This document shows positions 49,224 through 59,900 of a DNA stretch of 64,000 nucleotides, piece after piece. Position numbers and translations under genes: made by a program. Each line of letters opens with the position of its first letter. The stretch's first letter is position 1. The stretch is from a bacterium (lineage in GTDB: Bacteria > Patescibacteriota > Minisyncoccia > Phycocordibacterales > UBA5272). The notes under the pieces were generated by a model. That model saw only the letters and a list, made by a program, of their open reading frames with translations. It made no database searches and was not told the origin of the DNA. The stretch spans positions 55,426 to 119,425 of the forward strand of contig JAHFNC010000002.1 of assembly GCA_023267535.1 (NCBI GenBank), read 5' to 3'.

Positions 49224-49664
49224 ATGAAAGACCTAGAAAATAAACTTCAATTCATTATAACTCTGTCATTATTCTTTCCTGTTTTATTGTATGCAATTTT
49301 TGATAATAAAGGAGCTAGTCAGGCAACTTTAAAATGGGGGACTGTAGTAATTTTTTTAATTTTTAATTATCTTTATTTAAATTTATTAAAAAGTGAATTA
49401 CCAAAGAAAATTATAAAATGGTTAGATATTCTTTTGGATATAAATATAGTCTTTTTTATACCATTAATCTTTTCTTTCTCATTTCAAATTAAATATATAA
49501 TTATTACAAAAATTTTGCTGTTTCTAGGTTCGTGGGGTGTATTATTGGTTCCTATTACAATCTTGTTACTTCTTTTTTGTTATACAATCTTCACTAGTTT
49601 TCCAAAATTTTTCAAGAAAATTTGGAATTATAGAAAGATAATAAAAATAGACCCAACAAAGTAA
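49224..49664 (+). CDS. Hypothetical polytopic membrane protein
   Basis: Four predicted TM helices in 146 aa. Confidence 0.4.
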   Translation: MKDLENKLQFIITLSLFFPVLLYAIFDNKGASQATLKWGTVVIFLIFNYLYLNLLKSELPKKIIKWLDILLDINIVFFIPLIFSFSFQIKYIIITKILLFLGSWGVLLVPITILLLLFCYTIFTSFPKFFKKIWNYRKIIKIDPTK

Positions 49665-49706
49665 CTTTCCCTTGCCTCGTCCTTCATTTTATTATATACA
49701 TAACTT

Positions 49707-51536
49707 ATGTGTGGGATTTTTTCTTATGTCGGTAAAAAAGAAGCTCTTCCTATTTTAGTGGACGGATTATCTTCGCTTGAATACAGGGGTTATGACTCTT
49801 CTGGTGTTTATGTGGTTGGCTCAAATTGTGTGAAATCTGTTGGCGCAGTTGAGAATTTAAGAAAGAAATTAGACGGAAAAGAAAATACTTTTTCTGGAAC
49901 TTCAGGCATCGCTCATTTGAGGTGGGCGACTCACGGTGAACCCACCGAAAAAAATGCCCATCCACATTCTGATTGCAGTGGAAAATTTTGGGTGGTTCAC
50001 AATGGAATTATAGAAAATTATAAAGAGCTAAAAGAACATTTAATTTCTTTAGGTCACATCTTTAAATCTGATACTGATACCGAAGTGGTGCCACATTTGT
50101 TGGAAGAACATTTCAAAAGAGAAAATGATTTTGAAAAAGCTGTAAAGCAAACACTGAAAGATATTAAAGGAACATACGGGTTAGTTATTGCTTTTAAAGA
50201 TGAAAAAAATAAAATCATCACTTGTCGAATGGGCGCGCCAGTTGTGGTCGGTGTTGGAGTTGGCGAAATGTTTGTGGCATCTGACCCGTCACCAATTCTT
50301 CGTCACACCAGACAAGTTATTTATTTACGAGATGGAGAAATCGCTACTCTCACGCCGGAAAATTATAATATTTGTTCATTAGATAGCACTCCGATTGCAA
50401 GAGACCCAGAAATGATTGAATGGGAAGTAGACCAAATCAAGAAAGACGGTTATGACCATTTTATGATGAAGGAAATAATGGAAGCGAGTGATGTTATAAA
50501 AAACACAACAAGAGGAAGACTTATTCCAGAAAATGGATTAGTAAAATTAGGCGGACTAGAAATTGTTGCTGATAAATTAAAAGATATAAACAGAATAATT
50601 ATTGTTGGTTGTGGAACAGCGTATTATTCCGGAGTGGTTGGCGAATATATGATAGAGGAATATACTGGAATTCCTGTGGAAGTTGAAGTCGGCTCAGAAT
50701 TTAGATACAGAAAACCTTTGATTGATAAAAACACAATGCTACTCGCTATTTCACAATCAGGAGAAACCGCAGACACACTGGAGGCCATTCGCGAAGCCAA
50801 AAGAAAAGGCGCACTCGCAATTGGAATTGTAAACACAGTTGGCTCAACCATTGCTCGCGAGACTGACGCTGGGATTTACAATCACGCAGGCCCTGAAATT
50901 GGAGTGGCTTCTACCAAAGCTTTTATTTCGCAAATTACTGCACTTGCAATGCTTACTGTTTTCTTGGGAAGACAAAGAGAAATGTCTATGGTCACTGGTA
51001 AAAGAATTTGTGAAGAAATAATATCACTTCCTGAAAAAATGGAAAAGATTCTTTCTCAAAAAGAAGAAATAAAAAAGTTAGCCGAAAAATATTCTATTTA
51101 CCGAGACTTTTTATATCTTGGCAGAAAATATAATTATGCTATTGCTTATGAAGGAGCATTAAAACTAAAAGAAGTTTCTTATATTCACGCCGAAGGGTGT
51201 GGGGCGGGAGAAATGAAGCACGGGCCACTAGCGATGATTGATGAAAATTTCCCAACTCTCGCCATTGCACCAAGCGATAGTGTTTATGAAAAAATGATTT
51301 CTAATATTCAAGAAATAAAAGCACGAAAGGGAAAGGTATTGGCAATTGCCACAGACGGTGATGAAAGAATAAAAGAATTAGCCGATGATGTGATTTATAT
51401 TCCAAAGACTTTGGAAATGCTCACACCAATTTTGTCGGTTATTCCGCTTCAGTTGTTTGCTTATTATATGGCGGTGAGTAAAGGATTAAATGTTGATAGA
51501 CCAAGAAATTTAGCTAAGTCAGTAACAGTAGAATAA
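49707..51536 (+). CDS. glmS: Glutamine--fructose-6-phosphate aminotransferase
   Basis: N-terminal MCGIF catalytic Cys and two SIS domains. The C-terminus (KSVTVE) matches GlmS. Confidence 0.95.
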   Translation: MCGIFSYVGKKEALPILVDGLSSLEYRGYDSSGVYVVGSNCVKSVGAVENLRKKLDGKENTFSGTSGIAHLRWATHGEPTEKNAHPHSDCSGKFWVVHNGIIENYKELKEHLISLGHIFKSDTDTEVVPHLLEEHFKRENDFEKAVKQTLKDIKGTYGLVIAFKDEKNKIITCRMGAPVVVGVGVGEMFVASDPSPILRHTRQVIYLRDGEIATLTPENYNICSLDSTPIARDPEMIEWEVDQIKKDGYDHFMMKEIMEASDVIKNTTRGRLIPENGLVKLGGLEIVADKLKDINRIIIVGCGTAYYSGVVGEYMIEEYTGIPVEVEVGSEFRYRKPLIDKNTMLLAISQSGETADTLEAIREAKRKGALAIGIVNTVGSTIARETDAGIYNHAGPEIGVASTKAFISQITALAMLTVFLGRQREMSMVTGKRICEEIISLPEKMEKILSQKEEIKKLAEKYSIYRDFLYLGRKYNYAIAYEGALKLKEVSYIHAEGCGAGEMKHGPLAMIDENFPTLAIAPSDSVYEKMISNIQEIKARKGKVLAIATDGDERIKELADDVIYIPKTLEMLTPILSVIPLQLFAYYMAVSKGLNVDRPRNLAKSVTVE

Positions 51537-51539
51537 TAT

Positions 51540-52301
51540 ATGCGATTTGAAGATAAAGTAGCTAAGTTAAGAATAGAGAAGCACGGTGGTCGCGAGACTG
51601 CGGAGTTTTTAGCTGATGTTAAAAAAATGTTAGAAGGGGAAGCATTTGAATATTTAATGGGGGAAGTTGATTTCTGTGGAGCAAAAATCGATTTAAGTTT
51701 ACGACCAATGATTCCCAGAGAAGAATCAGAATTTTGGGTAGGGCAAGCGATAGAACAAATTAAAGAAGCAAGAAGCAAGAAGCAAGAAGTGGCACGCGGA
51801 AATGCTCCGCATTTCCGCGTGTTGGATTTATTTTCCGGTTCTGGAAATGTAGGACTCGCAATTCTAAAAAATATTTCTGATTCTATGGTTGATTTTATTG
51901 AATACGATTCTAAACTAAAAGAACAAATTGAAATTTCTATTGAGAAAAACAAAATAGATAAAAGTCGCACTAAGGTAATAACTGGGGATGTTTTTGCTGG
52001 AGCTGTCGGAAAATATGATTCTATTTTTGCCATTCCGCCTTATGTTCCACGGCAAATGAAAGAAGAAGTCATGAAAGAATTACACGCCGAGCCAGAACTT
52101 TCTTTTTTTGATAAAGAAGATGGATTCTTTTATATAAAAAAAGTTTTAAGCGAAGCAAAAAATTATTTGAATGAAAATGGAAATTTATTTATGGAATTTG
52201 ATATTACTCAAAAAGAAAAAATAGAAGAATTAGTAAAAAACAATGAACACTTGTATCTAAAAGATAATCATGGAAACGATTGTGCGGTTATGTTAAAATA
52301 A
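51540..52301 (+). CDS. prmC: Release-factor glutamine N5-methyltransferase-like (PrmC/HemK family)
   Basis: EYLMGEVDFCGAKIDLSLRPMIPREESE aligns with the PrmC substrate-binding region. LDLFSGSGNVGLAI is the SAM motif, and IPPYVP stands in the NPPY position. Confidence 0.7.
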   Translation: MRFEDKVAKLRIEKHGGRETAEFLADVKKMLEGEAFEYLMGEVDFCGAKIDLSLRPMIPREESEFWVGQAIEQIKEARSKKQEVARGNAPHFRVLDLFSGSGNVGLAILKNISDSMVDFIEYDSKLKEQIEISIEKNKIDKSRTKVITGDVFAGAVGKYDSIFAIPPYVPRQMKEEVMKELHAEPELSFFDKEDGFFYIKKVLSEAKNYLNENGNLFMEFDITQKEKIEELVKNNEHLYLKDNHGNDCAVMLK

Positions 52302-52305
52302 TTTT

Positions 52306-52482
52306 ATGAAAAAATTTTGGAACACATTATCAAAGAGAGAAATACTATTTTTTATTTATGGTTTGATATTTGGTGTTTTTGCCTCAATTTATATTTTCTC
52401 AGCCCTTGTCCCAAATGGCGAACAAATGATTAAGCTTTATCATCTAGACCAAAACAAAAAGATACAAATTGATAGCAAATAA
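52306..52482 (+). CDS. Small (58 aa) single-TM protein
   Basis: By manual translation: MKKFWNTLSKREILFFIYGLIFGVFASIYIFSALVPNGEQMIKLYHLDQNKKIQIDSK. It is below the ORF-track cutoff. Confidence 0.3.
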   Translation: MKKFWNTLSKREILFFIYGLIFGVFASIYIFSALVPNGEQMIKLYHLDQNKKIQIDSK

Positions 52483-52526
52483 CTTTTAGTGTAGGCTACA
52501 AGTAGTTAGCACTTTGGAGAATAAAG

Positions 52527-52736
52527 ATGAATTTTAGAGCAAGAAGGGAATGGAAGCTTCGCTTATTTCAGCAACTTCATCAAAACGATGATCCAGATTG
52601 GCATCGTTCAAGTGGTGGCATACTTTGTGAATTGTGCGGTCTTCCGTATCGTAATCACTTGGCTGATGAAGAACATCCATTTTATGGAGACGGTCACGAC
52701 AAAAGGCTGTGTGACGGAAGAGTTGTTCATTTGTGA
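52527..52736 (+). CDS. Small Cys/His-rich protein (zinc-ribbon-like)
   Basis: CELCG...H...H.....C motifs. GGAG SD 7 nt upstream, which is unlike the native genes. GC-richer. Confidence 0.4.
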   Translation: MNFRARREWKLRLFQQLHQNDDPDWHRSSGGILCELCGLPYRNHLADEEHPFYGDGHDKRLCDGRVVHL

Positions 52737-52751
52737 TGAAAGGAGATATTA

Positions 52752-53135
52752 ATGTTAAACATTATTCCTTTACCAAAAAGAAAAGTAAAGACTGGCCCAA
52801 GAGGGAAAGCTGTTATCTCTGTTGGTCAGACTTGGGTGGAGGTACATTCCACCCTTCGTTACAAAATTCGTAATATTTATTTTGAGAGAGGTACGAACAG
52901 AATAGTGTTTTCCAGAAAAAATGAAAAGAAAAAACACCTTTTTGATTTAGCTGAAAGAACTTTTCGCTACAGCTTTATGATTGAACCCAAATTTATAGAA
53001 TTTGAAAACGCATTAAGACAAAAACTTCAAGAAGAGATGGATAGGTTAGGATTATCTGAAGGGATGTGCGATTTTTTTGCTTTAAAGATAACTCCACCAT
53101 CAAAACGAAATAAAGGACTTAAGATTATTAAGTAA
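52752..53135 (+). CDS. Hypothetical basic protein
   Basis: AAGGAG SD 7 nt upstream. It is followed directly by a strong terminator. Confidence 0.45.
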   Translation: MLNIIPLPKRKVKTGPRGKAVISVGQTWVEVHSTLRYKIRNIYFERGTNRIVFSRKNEKKKHLFDLAERTFRYSFMIEPKFIEFENALRQKLQEEMDRLGLSEGMCDFFALKITPPSKRNKGLKIIK

Positions 53136-53136
53136 T

Positions 53137-53162
53137 GGAGCAATGCAATTGCTCCATTTTTA
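53137..53162 (+). terminator. Rho-independent terminator
   Basis: ggagcaatgcaattgctcc followed by TTTTT. Confidence 0.7.
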
Positions 53163-53225
53163 TTATATTTACTTTTTTAAAAACTTGTTCTAGTATAAAA
53201 ATAGGTTCTTTAAATAGGGGAAACC

Positions 53226-53546
53226 ATGGACTCAATAATTTCAGTAGTAATCGCTGTTGGCCTCTTGGCTCTTATTTTTTTCTTGCCGATGGTGAGGATA
53301 CTCACAGAAAAATATTTGAATCAGTTTAGCCAAGAAGAAAAATACAAATGTTTGAGAAATCTTTTTGCTTTCAGCTTTGTTTTGTCGGTCTTAATCAAGC
53401 TATTTGCGACGCCGGACTTACCGAGCTTCTTTCTGGAGATGGCGGGAGTCCACGTCTCTTTGGCAATGCTTTTTTTGGTCCTTTTTCTTACCTTCGGCAC
53501 AGCCTATTTGTTTCTTGGGGTAATGGACAAAGCCCTGCATCCCTAG
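53226..53546 (+). CDS. Hypothetical membrane protein (3 TM helices)
   Basis: AGGGGAA SD 5 nt upstream. Hydrophobic helices. A terminator follows downstream. Confidence 0.4.
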   Translation: MDSIISVVIAVGLLALIFFLPMVRILTEKYLNQFSQEEKYKCLRNLFAFSFVLSVLIKLFATPDLPSFFLEMAGVHVSLAMLFLVLFLTFGTAYLFLGVMDKALHP

Positions 53547-53565
53547 CGGTTCAAAACCAATTGAA

Positions 53566-53597
53566 AAACCTCGTGATTTGCACGGGGTTTATTTTTT
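53566..53597 (+). terminator. Rho-independent terminator
   Basis: cctcgtg-atttg-cacgggg followed by a T-rich tract. Confidence 0.5.
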
Positions 53598-53630
53598 GCC
53601 ACGATTTTATAGTTTTACACAGAATTTTAC

Positions 53631-53658
53631 TTGCTTTTCTATTTAAAGGTGATATAAT
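53631..53658 (+). promoter_or_regulatory. Sigma-70-type promoter for rpoBC (TTGCTT-16-TGaTATAAT)
   Basis: A -35 TTGCTT and an extended -10 TGATATAAT, with a ~110-nt leader to the rpoB ATG. This is one of the few long 5'UTRs in the window. Confidence 0.45.
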
Positions 53659-53768
53659 TTGCGAACATTGACCTTTCTCCGATTGAGTTGTGATTCTAGG
53701 GCAATAATTTGCAAATTATTAAAAGGGAGTATCTTAAGTGACTCTTGTCACACTTTGTTATTTTTATT

Positions 53769-56700
53769 ATGCCAAAAACAAAGCCGTTGCCAGTAAAGAC
53801 TTTCTCTAAATACAGAGAACCTCTTACCAAATTACCAAACCTAGTTGAAAATCAAATATTTTCATATAAAGATTTAACAGAAAAAGGATTGGTGGAAATT
53901 TTTAAGGAATTTTCTCCAATGAAAGACTATTCGGAGAAGAAGTTTGAACTAGAATTCGTTTCTTTCGAACTATCTGCTCCAAAGCATGACGAAGTTTATG
54001 TTAAGGAAAACAAATTAACATACGATGCACCACTTAGAGCTAGAGTAAAGCTAACTAATAAGATTTTAAATACAGTAAAGGAGCAAGAAATCTTCATGGC
54101 TGATTTCCCTTTGATGACTGTTCACGGAACATTCATTATAAACGGAGTAGAAAGAGTCGTTGTTCCACAGCTTGCCCGTTCGTTCGGTGTTTTCTTTGAT
54201 TCAGAAGAAATAAAAGGAAAAAGATATTTCGGAGCGAAGATTATTCCTTCTCGTGGAGTTTGGATTGAAATAGGAACAGAATCAGACGGAGGTATGGTGG
54301 TAAGAATTGATAAAAAGAGAAAATTCTCTCTAGTGGCTTTGATGCGCGTCTTTGGTTTGGCGACTGACGAACAAATAAAAAATGCTTTCTCTAAGTATGA
54401 AAAGTCTTCAAAAACAATTGCAACTATCCTAGAATCTGACGAAGTTAAAACAATACACGATGCTTATGTAGAAATTTACAGAAGACTTCGTGACGGTGAT
54501 TTGGCTACCCCTGAAAACGCAAAAGAGTATATAGATACAATACTTTCTGCCGAAAGATACGACCTTTCTCCTGTTGGACGTTTCCGTTTTAATAAGAGAT
54601 TTGGCAAGCCAACTGATGCTAAAGAAACACAAAAAAGAGTTTTAACTAAAGAAGATTTGGTTGAGATTATTAATCACATCATTGAACTTAACAATAATCC
54701 AAACGCCGAAGAAGATGATATTGACCACCTTGGATCACGTCGTGTCAGATATGTGGGAGAAATGATGTCGATGAAGATTAGAACCGGTATGATGCAGATG
54801 AAGAGAAATATTCAAGACAAAATGTCAGTTATTGATACCGACACAAGTCTTCCAATCGCTATCATCAACCAAAGACCGCTTCAAGCTCGTATTAAGGAAT
54901 TCTTTACAACCAACCAACTATCACAGTTTATGTTGCAAGAAAACCTACTTGCTGAAGTTGAACACTTAAGAACACTTTCTGCCCTCGGTCCCGGCGGTCT
55001 TACTCGTGAAAGAGCTGGATTTGAAGTTCGTGACGTTCACACATCTCACTATGGTCGTGTTTGTCCAATTCACACACCAGAAGGACCAAACATCGGTCTT
55101 ATTTTGCGTCTTTCAAATTACGCCAGAATAAATGATTTTGGAATTATTGAAACTCCTTATGTAAAAGTTGAAAAAGGAAAGATAACAAAAGAAATTATTT
55201 ATCTAAACGCTCTTGAAGAAGAAAAATATATTATCGCTCACGCTGGAAATAAATACGATGACGATGGAAAGTTTATAAATAAAGAAATTGAAGTTAGAAA
55301 AGTTGGACAACCAGCTCTTGTCCCAAGGGACGAAGTAGATTTCATTGATGTGGCTACTAACCAAGCATTTTCTGTGGCTACTTCTATGATTCCATTTTTG
55401 GAACACGATGACGCTTCTCGCGCACTGATGGGTTCAAACATGCAGAAACAAGCGGTTCCACTTATGTGTCCAGAAGCTCCTGTTGTCGCAACCGGTATGG
55501 AAAAAGAAGCCGCAAAGGACATCGGAAGATTGGTTATTGCAGAAGAGGCAGGAGAAGTGAAGTATGTGGATGCAAAGAAAATTGTTGTTAAGGAAGACAA
55601 GAAAGACAGAGAATATCCTCTAATAAACTTCGCCAGAACAAACGCTTTCAATATTTTCCACCAAAGACCTATTGTTTCTCTTGGAGATAAAGTTAAGAAA
55701 GGACAAGTTATGGGAGATGCAGCAACATCAGACCACGGACAAATTGCACTTGGTCACAATGTGACCGTAGCTTTTATGTCTTGGAACGGTGCTAACTATG
55801 AAGACGCCATTATTCTTTCAGAAAAATTAGTTCGTGATAGTAAGTTCTCATCAATTCACATTGAAGAATTCGTTTGTAATGTTCGTGATACAAAGCTAGG
55901 AGCTGAAGTCACAACACACGATATTCCAAACGTTGGTGAAGGAAAATTAAAGAATCTAGATGAAGACGGAATTATCAGAATCGGAGCAGAAATTCGTCCA
56001 GGAGATATTCTTGTTGGTAAAATTACACCAAAGGGTGAGACAGAATTAACTCCAGAAGAAAGATTACTTCGTTCTATTTTCGGTGAGAAAGTTCGTGATG
56101 TTAAAGATTCTTCACTTAGATTGGACAACGGAAAGAGAGGTCGTGTTATCGGTGTAAAAGTTTTCTCTCGTGAAAGAGGTGATCAGCTAGAGTCTGGAAT
56201 CATAAAAAGAATTCACGTGGAAGTTGCTCAAATCAGAAATATTTCTGTGGGTGACAAGTTAGCTGGAAGACACGGAAACAAAGGAGTTATTTCAACAATA
56301 TTACCAGAAGAAGAAATGCCTTACATGGCAGACGGAACTCCTGTTGATGTAATTCTTACACCACTTGGTGTGCCATCTCGTATGAACCTAGGACAAATTC
56401 TTGAAATGCATTTGGGTCTTGCAGCTAAGACACTTAATTATCAAGCTGTGGTGCCATCATTCCAAGGAGCAACTGAAACAGAAATTAAAGAAGAGCTTGT
56501 TAAGGCTGGATTTAAGGAATCAGGAACAATGCAATTATATGACGGACGCACAGGAGAAGCCTTTGATAAGGAAACCGCTGTTGGTGTTATGTACATAATG
56601 AAACTTCACCATATGGTGGAAGACAAGATTCACATGAGATCAATCGGTCCTTACTCTTTAATTACACAGCAACCTTTAGGTGGAAAGGCTCAAGGCGGAG

Positions 56701-56969
56701 GACAGAGATTCGGGGAAATGGAAGTTTGGGCTCTTGAAGGTTATGGTGCGTCACACATTTTGCGTGAGATGCTAACAGTGAAGTCAGACGATATCGTCGG
56801 TCGTTCACAAGCTTTTGATTCTATTATTAAAGGTGAAAATGTTAAAGAACCAAATACACCAGCTTCATTTACAGTTATGTTAAACACACTTCGTGGACTT
56901 GCGCTGGATGTTATTCCGACCAAGAAAGAAACTGTTAAAGAAGAATTATTAGGTGAGGGAACAATTTAA
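53769..56969 (+). CDS. rpoB: DNA-directed RNA polymerase subunit beta
   Basis: Conserved RpoB blocks (GPGGLTRERAGFEVRDVH, NMQKQAVPL, GGQRFGEMEVWALE). The start is taken at MPKTKP (53769) rather than the upstream ORF extension. Confidence 0.95.
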   Translation: MPKTKPLPVKTFSKYREPLTKLPNLVENQIFSYKDLTEKGLVEIFKEFSPMKDYSEKKFELEFVSFELSAPKHDEVYVKENKLTYDAPLRARVKLTNKILNTVKEQEIFMADFPLMTVHGTFIINGVERVVVPQLARSFGVFFDSEEIKGKRYFGAKIIPSRGVWIEIGTESDGGMVVRIDKKRKFSLVALMRVFGLATDEQIKNAFSKYEKSSKTIATILESDEVKTIHDAYVEIYRRLRDGDLATPENAKEYIDTILSAERYDLSPVGRFRFNKRFGKPTDAKETQKRVLTKEDLVEIINHIIELNNNPNAEEDDIDHLGSRRVRYVGEMMSMKIRTGMMQMKRNIQDKMSVIDTDTSLPIAIINQRPLQARIKEFFTTNQLSQFMLQENLLAEVEHLRTLSALGPGGLTRERAGFEVRDVHTSHYGRVCPIHTPEGPNIGLILRLSNYARINDFGIIETPYVKVEKGKITKEIIYLNALEEEKYIIAHAGNKYDDDGKFINKEIEVRKVGQPALVPRDEVDFIDVATNQAFSVATSMIPFLEHDDASRALMGSNMQKQAVPLMCPEAPVVATGMEKEAAKDIGRLVIAEEAGEVKYVDAKKIVVKEDKKDREYPLINFARTNAFNIFHQRPIVSLGDKVKKGQVMGDAATSDHGQIALGHNVTVAFMSWNGANYEDAIILSEKLVRDSKFSSIHIEEFVCNVRDTKLGAEVTTHDIPNVGEGKLKNLDEDGIIRIGAEIRPGDILVGKITPKGETELTPEERLLRSIFGEKVRDVKDSSLRLDNGKRGRVIGVKVFSRERGDQLESGIIKRIHVEVAQIRNISVGDKLAGRHGNKGVISTILPEEEMPYMADGTPVDVILTPLGVPSRMNLGQILEMHLGLAAKTLNYQAVVPSFQGATETEIKEELVKAGFKESGTMQLYDGRTGEAFDKETAVGVMYIMKLHHMVEDKIHMRSIGPYSLITQQPLGGKAQGGGQRFGEMEVWALEGYGASHILREMLTVKSDDIVGRSQAFDSIIKGENVKEPNTPASFTVMLNTLRGLALDVIPTKKETVKEELLGEGTI

Positions 56970-56995
56970 TTATTCGTTATTTAATCATTAAAACT

Positions 56996-59900
56996 ATGAA
57001 AACAATAGACACAACAAACTTTGATGCATTGGCAATCAAAATCGCTTCCGGAGAAGCAATCAAATCATGGTCATATGGCGAAGTAACGAAGCCAGAAACC
57101 ATCAACTACAGAACTGGTCGTTCAGAACGATACGGACTATTTGACGAAAGAATTTTCGGTCCAGAAAAAGATTACGAATGTTATTGCGGAAAATATCGTC
57201 GTATTCGTTATAAGGATATTATTTGTGAGAAGTGTGGAGTGGAAGTTACAAAATCAATTGTTCGTCGTGAGAGAATGGGACACATTGAACTTGCCTCACC
57301 AGTATCACACATCTGGTTCTTAAGAACTGTTCCTTCTAGAATCTCAGCTATTTTATATGCTCCAGTTTCTGAAGTTGAAAGAGTGGTTTACTTTGCTAGT
57401 TATATTATTAAATCAGTAAACGAAACTGCTAAGGAAGAAATACTTCGTAATCTGGACAGTGAATTTAAAGCTAAGATAAAGTCAGCATCTGATGAAAAAA
57501 CTCAAGATAAATTAAGAGACTTACTTGTTGGAGCCAAGAAAGAAATTGCAGAAATTCGTCCATGGAAAATCTTAGACGAAATGACATATCACAGATATTC
57601 TCTAAAATATGGAACTTGTTTTGAAGCTGGAATCGGAGCTGAAGCAATTTACGATATTTTTAAGACAATTGATTTGAAAGATTTGGAAGTGAAGATAGTG
57701 GCACAACTTGCCAAGGTTGGAAATCTTGAAAAAGAAAAAGTAGAAAAGAGACTTTCTCTTGTTAGAGCTTTCATCAATGCTGGTATTCGTCCAGAGTGGA
57801 TGTTCTTAACAGTTATTCCAGTTATTCCTCCAGGAATCAGACCTATGGTTGCTCTTGAAGGTGGAAGATATGCTGCGTCTGATGTAAACGATCTTTATCG
57901 TCGTGTTATTAACAGAAATAATCGTTTGAAGAAATTAAAGGAAATCGGAGCACCAGATGTTATTTTGAGAAATGAAAAAAGAATTCTTCAAGAAGCGGTA
58001 GATGCTCTTATTGATAACACTGCTCGTCATGGACAAGGAGCTGTTATGAGTCAGTCACAAAAGAGACAATTGAAATCTCTATCAGATAACTTGAAAGGAA
58101 AGCAAGGACTTCTTCGTGGAAATTTGCTTGGAAAGCGTGTGGATTATTCTGCTCGTTCAGTTATTGTTATCGGAGCACAACTTGCTCTTAATGAGTGTGG
58201 ACTTCCAAAGCATATGGCTCTTGAACTATTCAAACCGTTTGTTATTTCTAAATTACTTGAAAGAGAATTAGCTTTTAACATTCGTGGTGCCAACAAATTG
58301 ATTGAAGACAGTATTCCAGAAGTTTGGGCAATTCTAGAAGAATGTATTGAAGGAAAATATGTTTTGCTTAACCGTGCGCCAACACTTCACAGACTAGGTA
58401 TTCAAGCTTTCAACCCAAGACTTATTGAAGGAAATGCTATTCAACTTCACCCACTTGTTTGTCAAGCTTTCAACGCTGACTTCGACGGAGACCAAATGGC
58501 TGTTCACTTACCACTATCTGTGGAAGCTCAAGAAGAAGCAAGAACACTTATGGCTGCAAATAGAAACTTATTAAAGCCAGGTTCTGGAGATTCTATTGTT
58601 AATCCAAGAATGGATATGGTGCTCGGTGTGTATTGGATGACCAAGGAAATTTCTGGAGAAAAAGGAGAAGGAAAATATTTTGCTTCACCAAATGAAGCTA
58701 TTACCGCATATGACTTCGGATTAGTATCATTTCGTGCCAAGATAAAAGTTTTGCCAACCGATAAGCCAAAGTACGCAAAGTTTGATAATAAGGCTTTTGA
58801 AACAACTGTTGGGAAACTTTTGTTTAACTCAGTTTTGCCAAGTGATTTTCCATTTATAACTGAAGAAGTTAACGGTAAGAAGATGAATTCAATTGTCGAT
58901 GAAGTTATTCTTACTTATGGACTTGAGACTGCACCTAAAGTTATTGATAAAATTAAAACTTTCGGTTACAAGTACGCGACAGTTTCTGGAACAACTTGGA
59001 ATATTGACGCTGTTAAAGTTCCAAAAGAAAAAACTGAATTAGTGAAGGAAGGATGGGTAACCGCTGGAACAGTTGATGCTGATTTCGCAGACGGTCTTCT
59101 TTCGGAAGAAGAGAGATACGAAAAGACAATTGAGAATTGGCAAATAGTTCGTCAAAAGCTTGAAAAGTTAATTCCAGAAACTTTGGAAAAACACAATTCA
59201 GTTTATGATTTGATTACATCAGGTGCTAGAGGAAGTATTGCTCAGGTTATTCAAATGTCAGGTATGAAAGGTATTATTGTGAACAACTCAGGACGCAACA
59301 TCGACTTCCCAGTTATTTCTTCTTACAAGGAAGGATTAACGCCACTTGAATACTTCATTACAACTTATGGTGCTCGTAAAGGTAACTCTGACACCGCGCT
59401 TAAGACTGCTCAAGCTGGATATCTAACCAGAAGACTGGTGGATGTGGCACAAGACGCTATTATTAGAGAAGAAGATTGTGGAACAAGCGAATACAAGACA
59501 GTTCGTACAGAAAATGCTCTTGGTATTGAAGTTCCAATTTCAAAAAATGTTCGTGGACGCATAATCGCCGAAGATATTGTTGTTAATGGAAGTGTGATGT
59601 TTAAGAAAAATAGTTTACTAAGCAAAGATGACGCCGTTGAAGTTGAAAAGGCTGGCGTATCTGAAGTAAAAGTATTTTCTCCACTTACTTGTAAAGCAAT
59701 TCACGGTATTTGTAGAAAGTGTTACGGACTAGATATGGGACGCAATGAGAAGGTAAAATTGGGCGAAGCAGTGGGTATTGTGGCAGCGCAAGCTATCGGT
59801 GAACCAGGAACTCAGCTTACTATGCGTACCTTCCACGCCGGAGGTGTGGCTGGAACTGACATCACACAAGGTCTTCCTCGTGTCGAAGAAATCTTCGAAC

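Noticed and set aside
53348-53671. 107-aa ORF overlapping CDS 53226..53546 in another frame
   Set aside because: It runs through the terminator hairpin and the rpoB promoter. The 53226 frame has the SD and the membrane-helix pattern.
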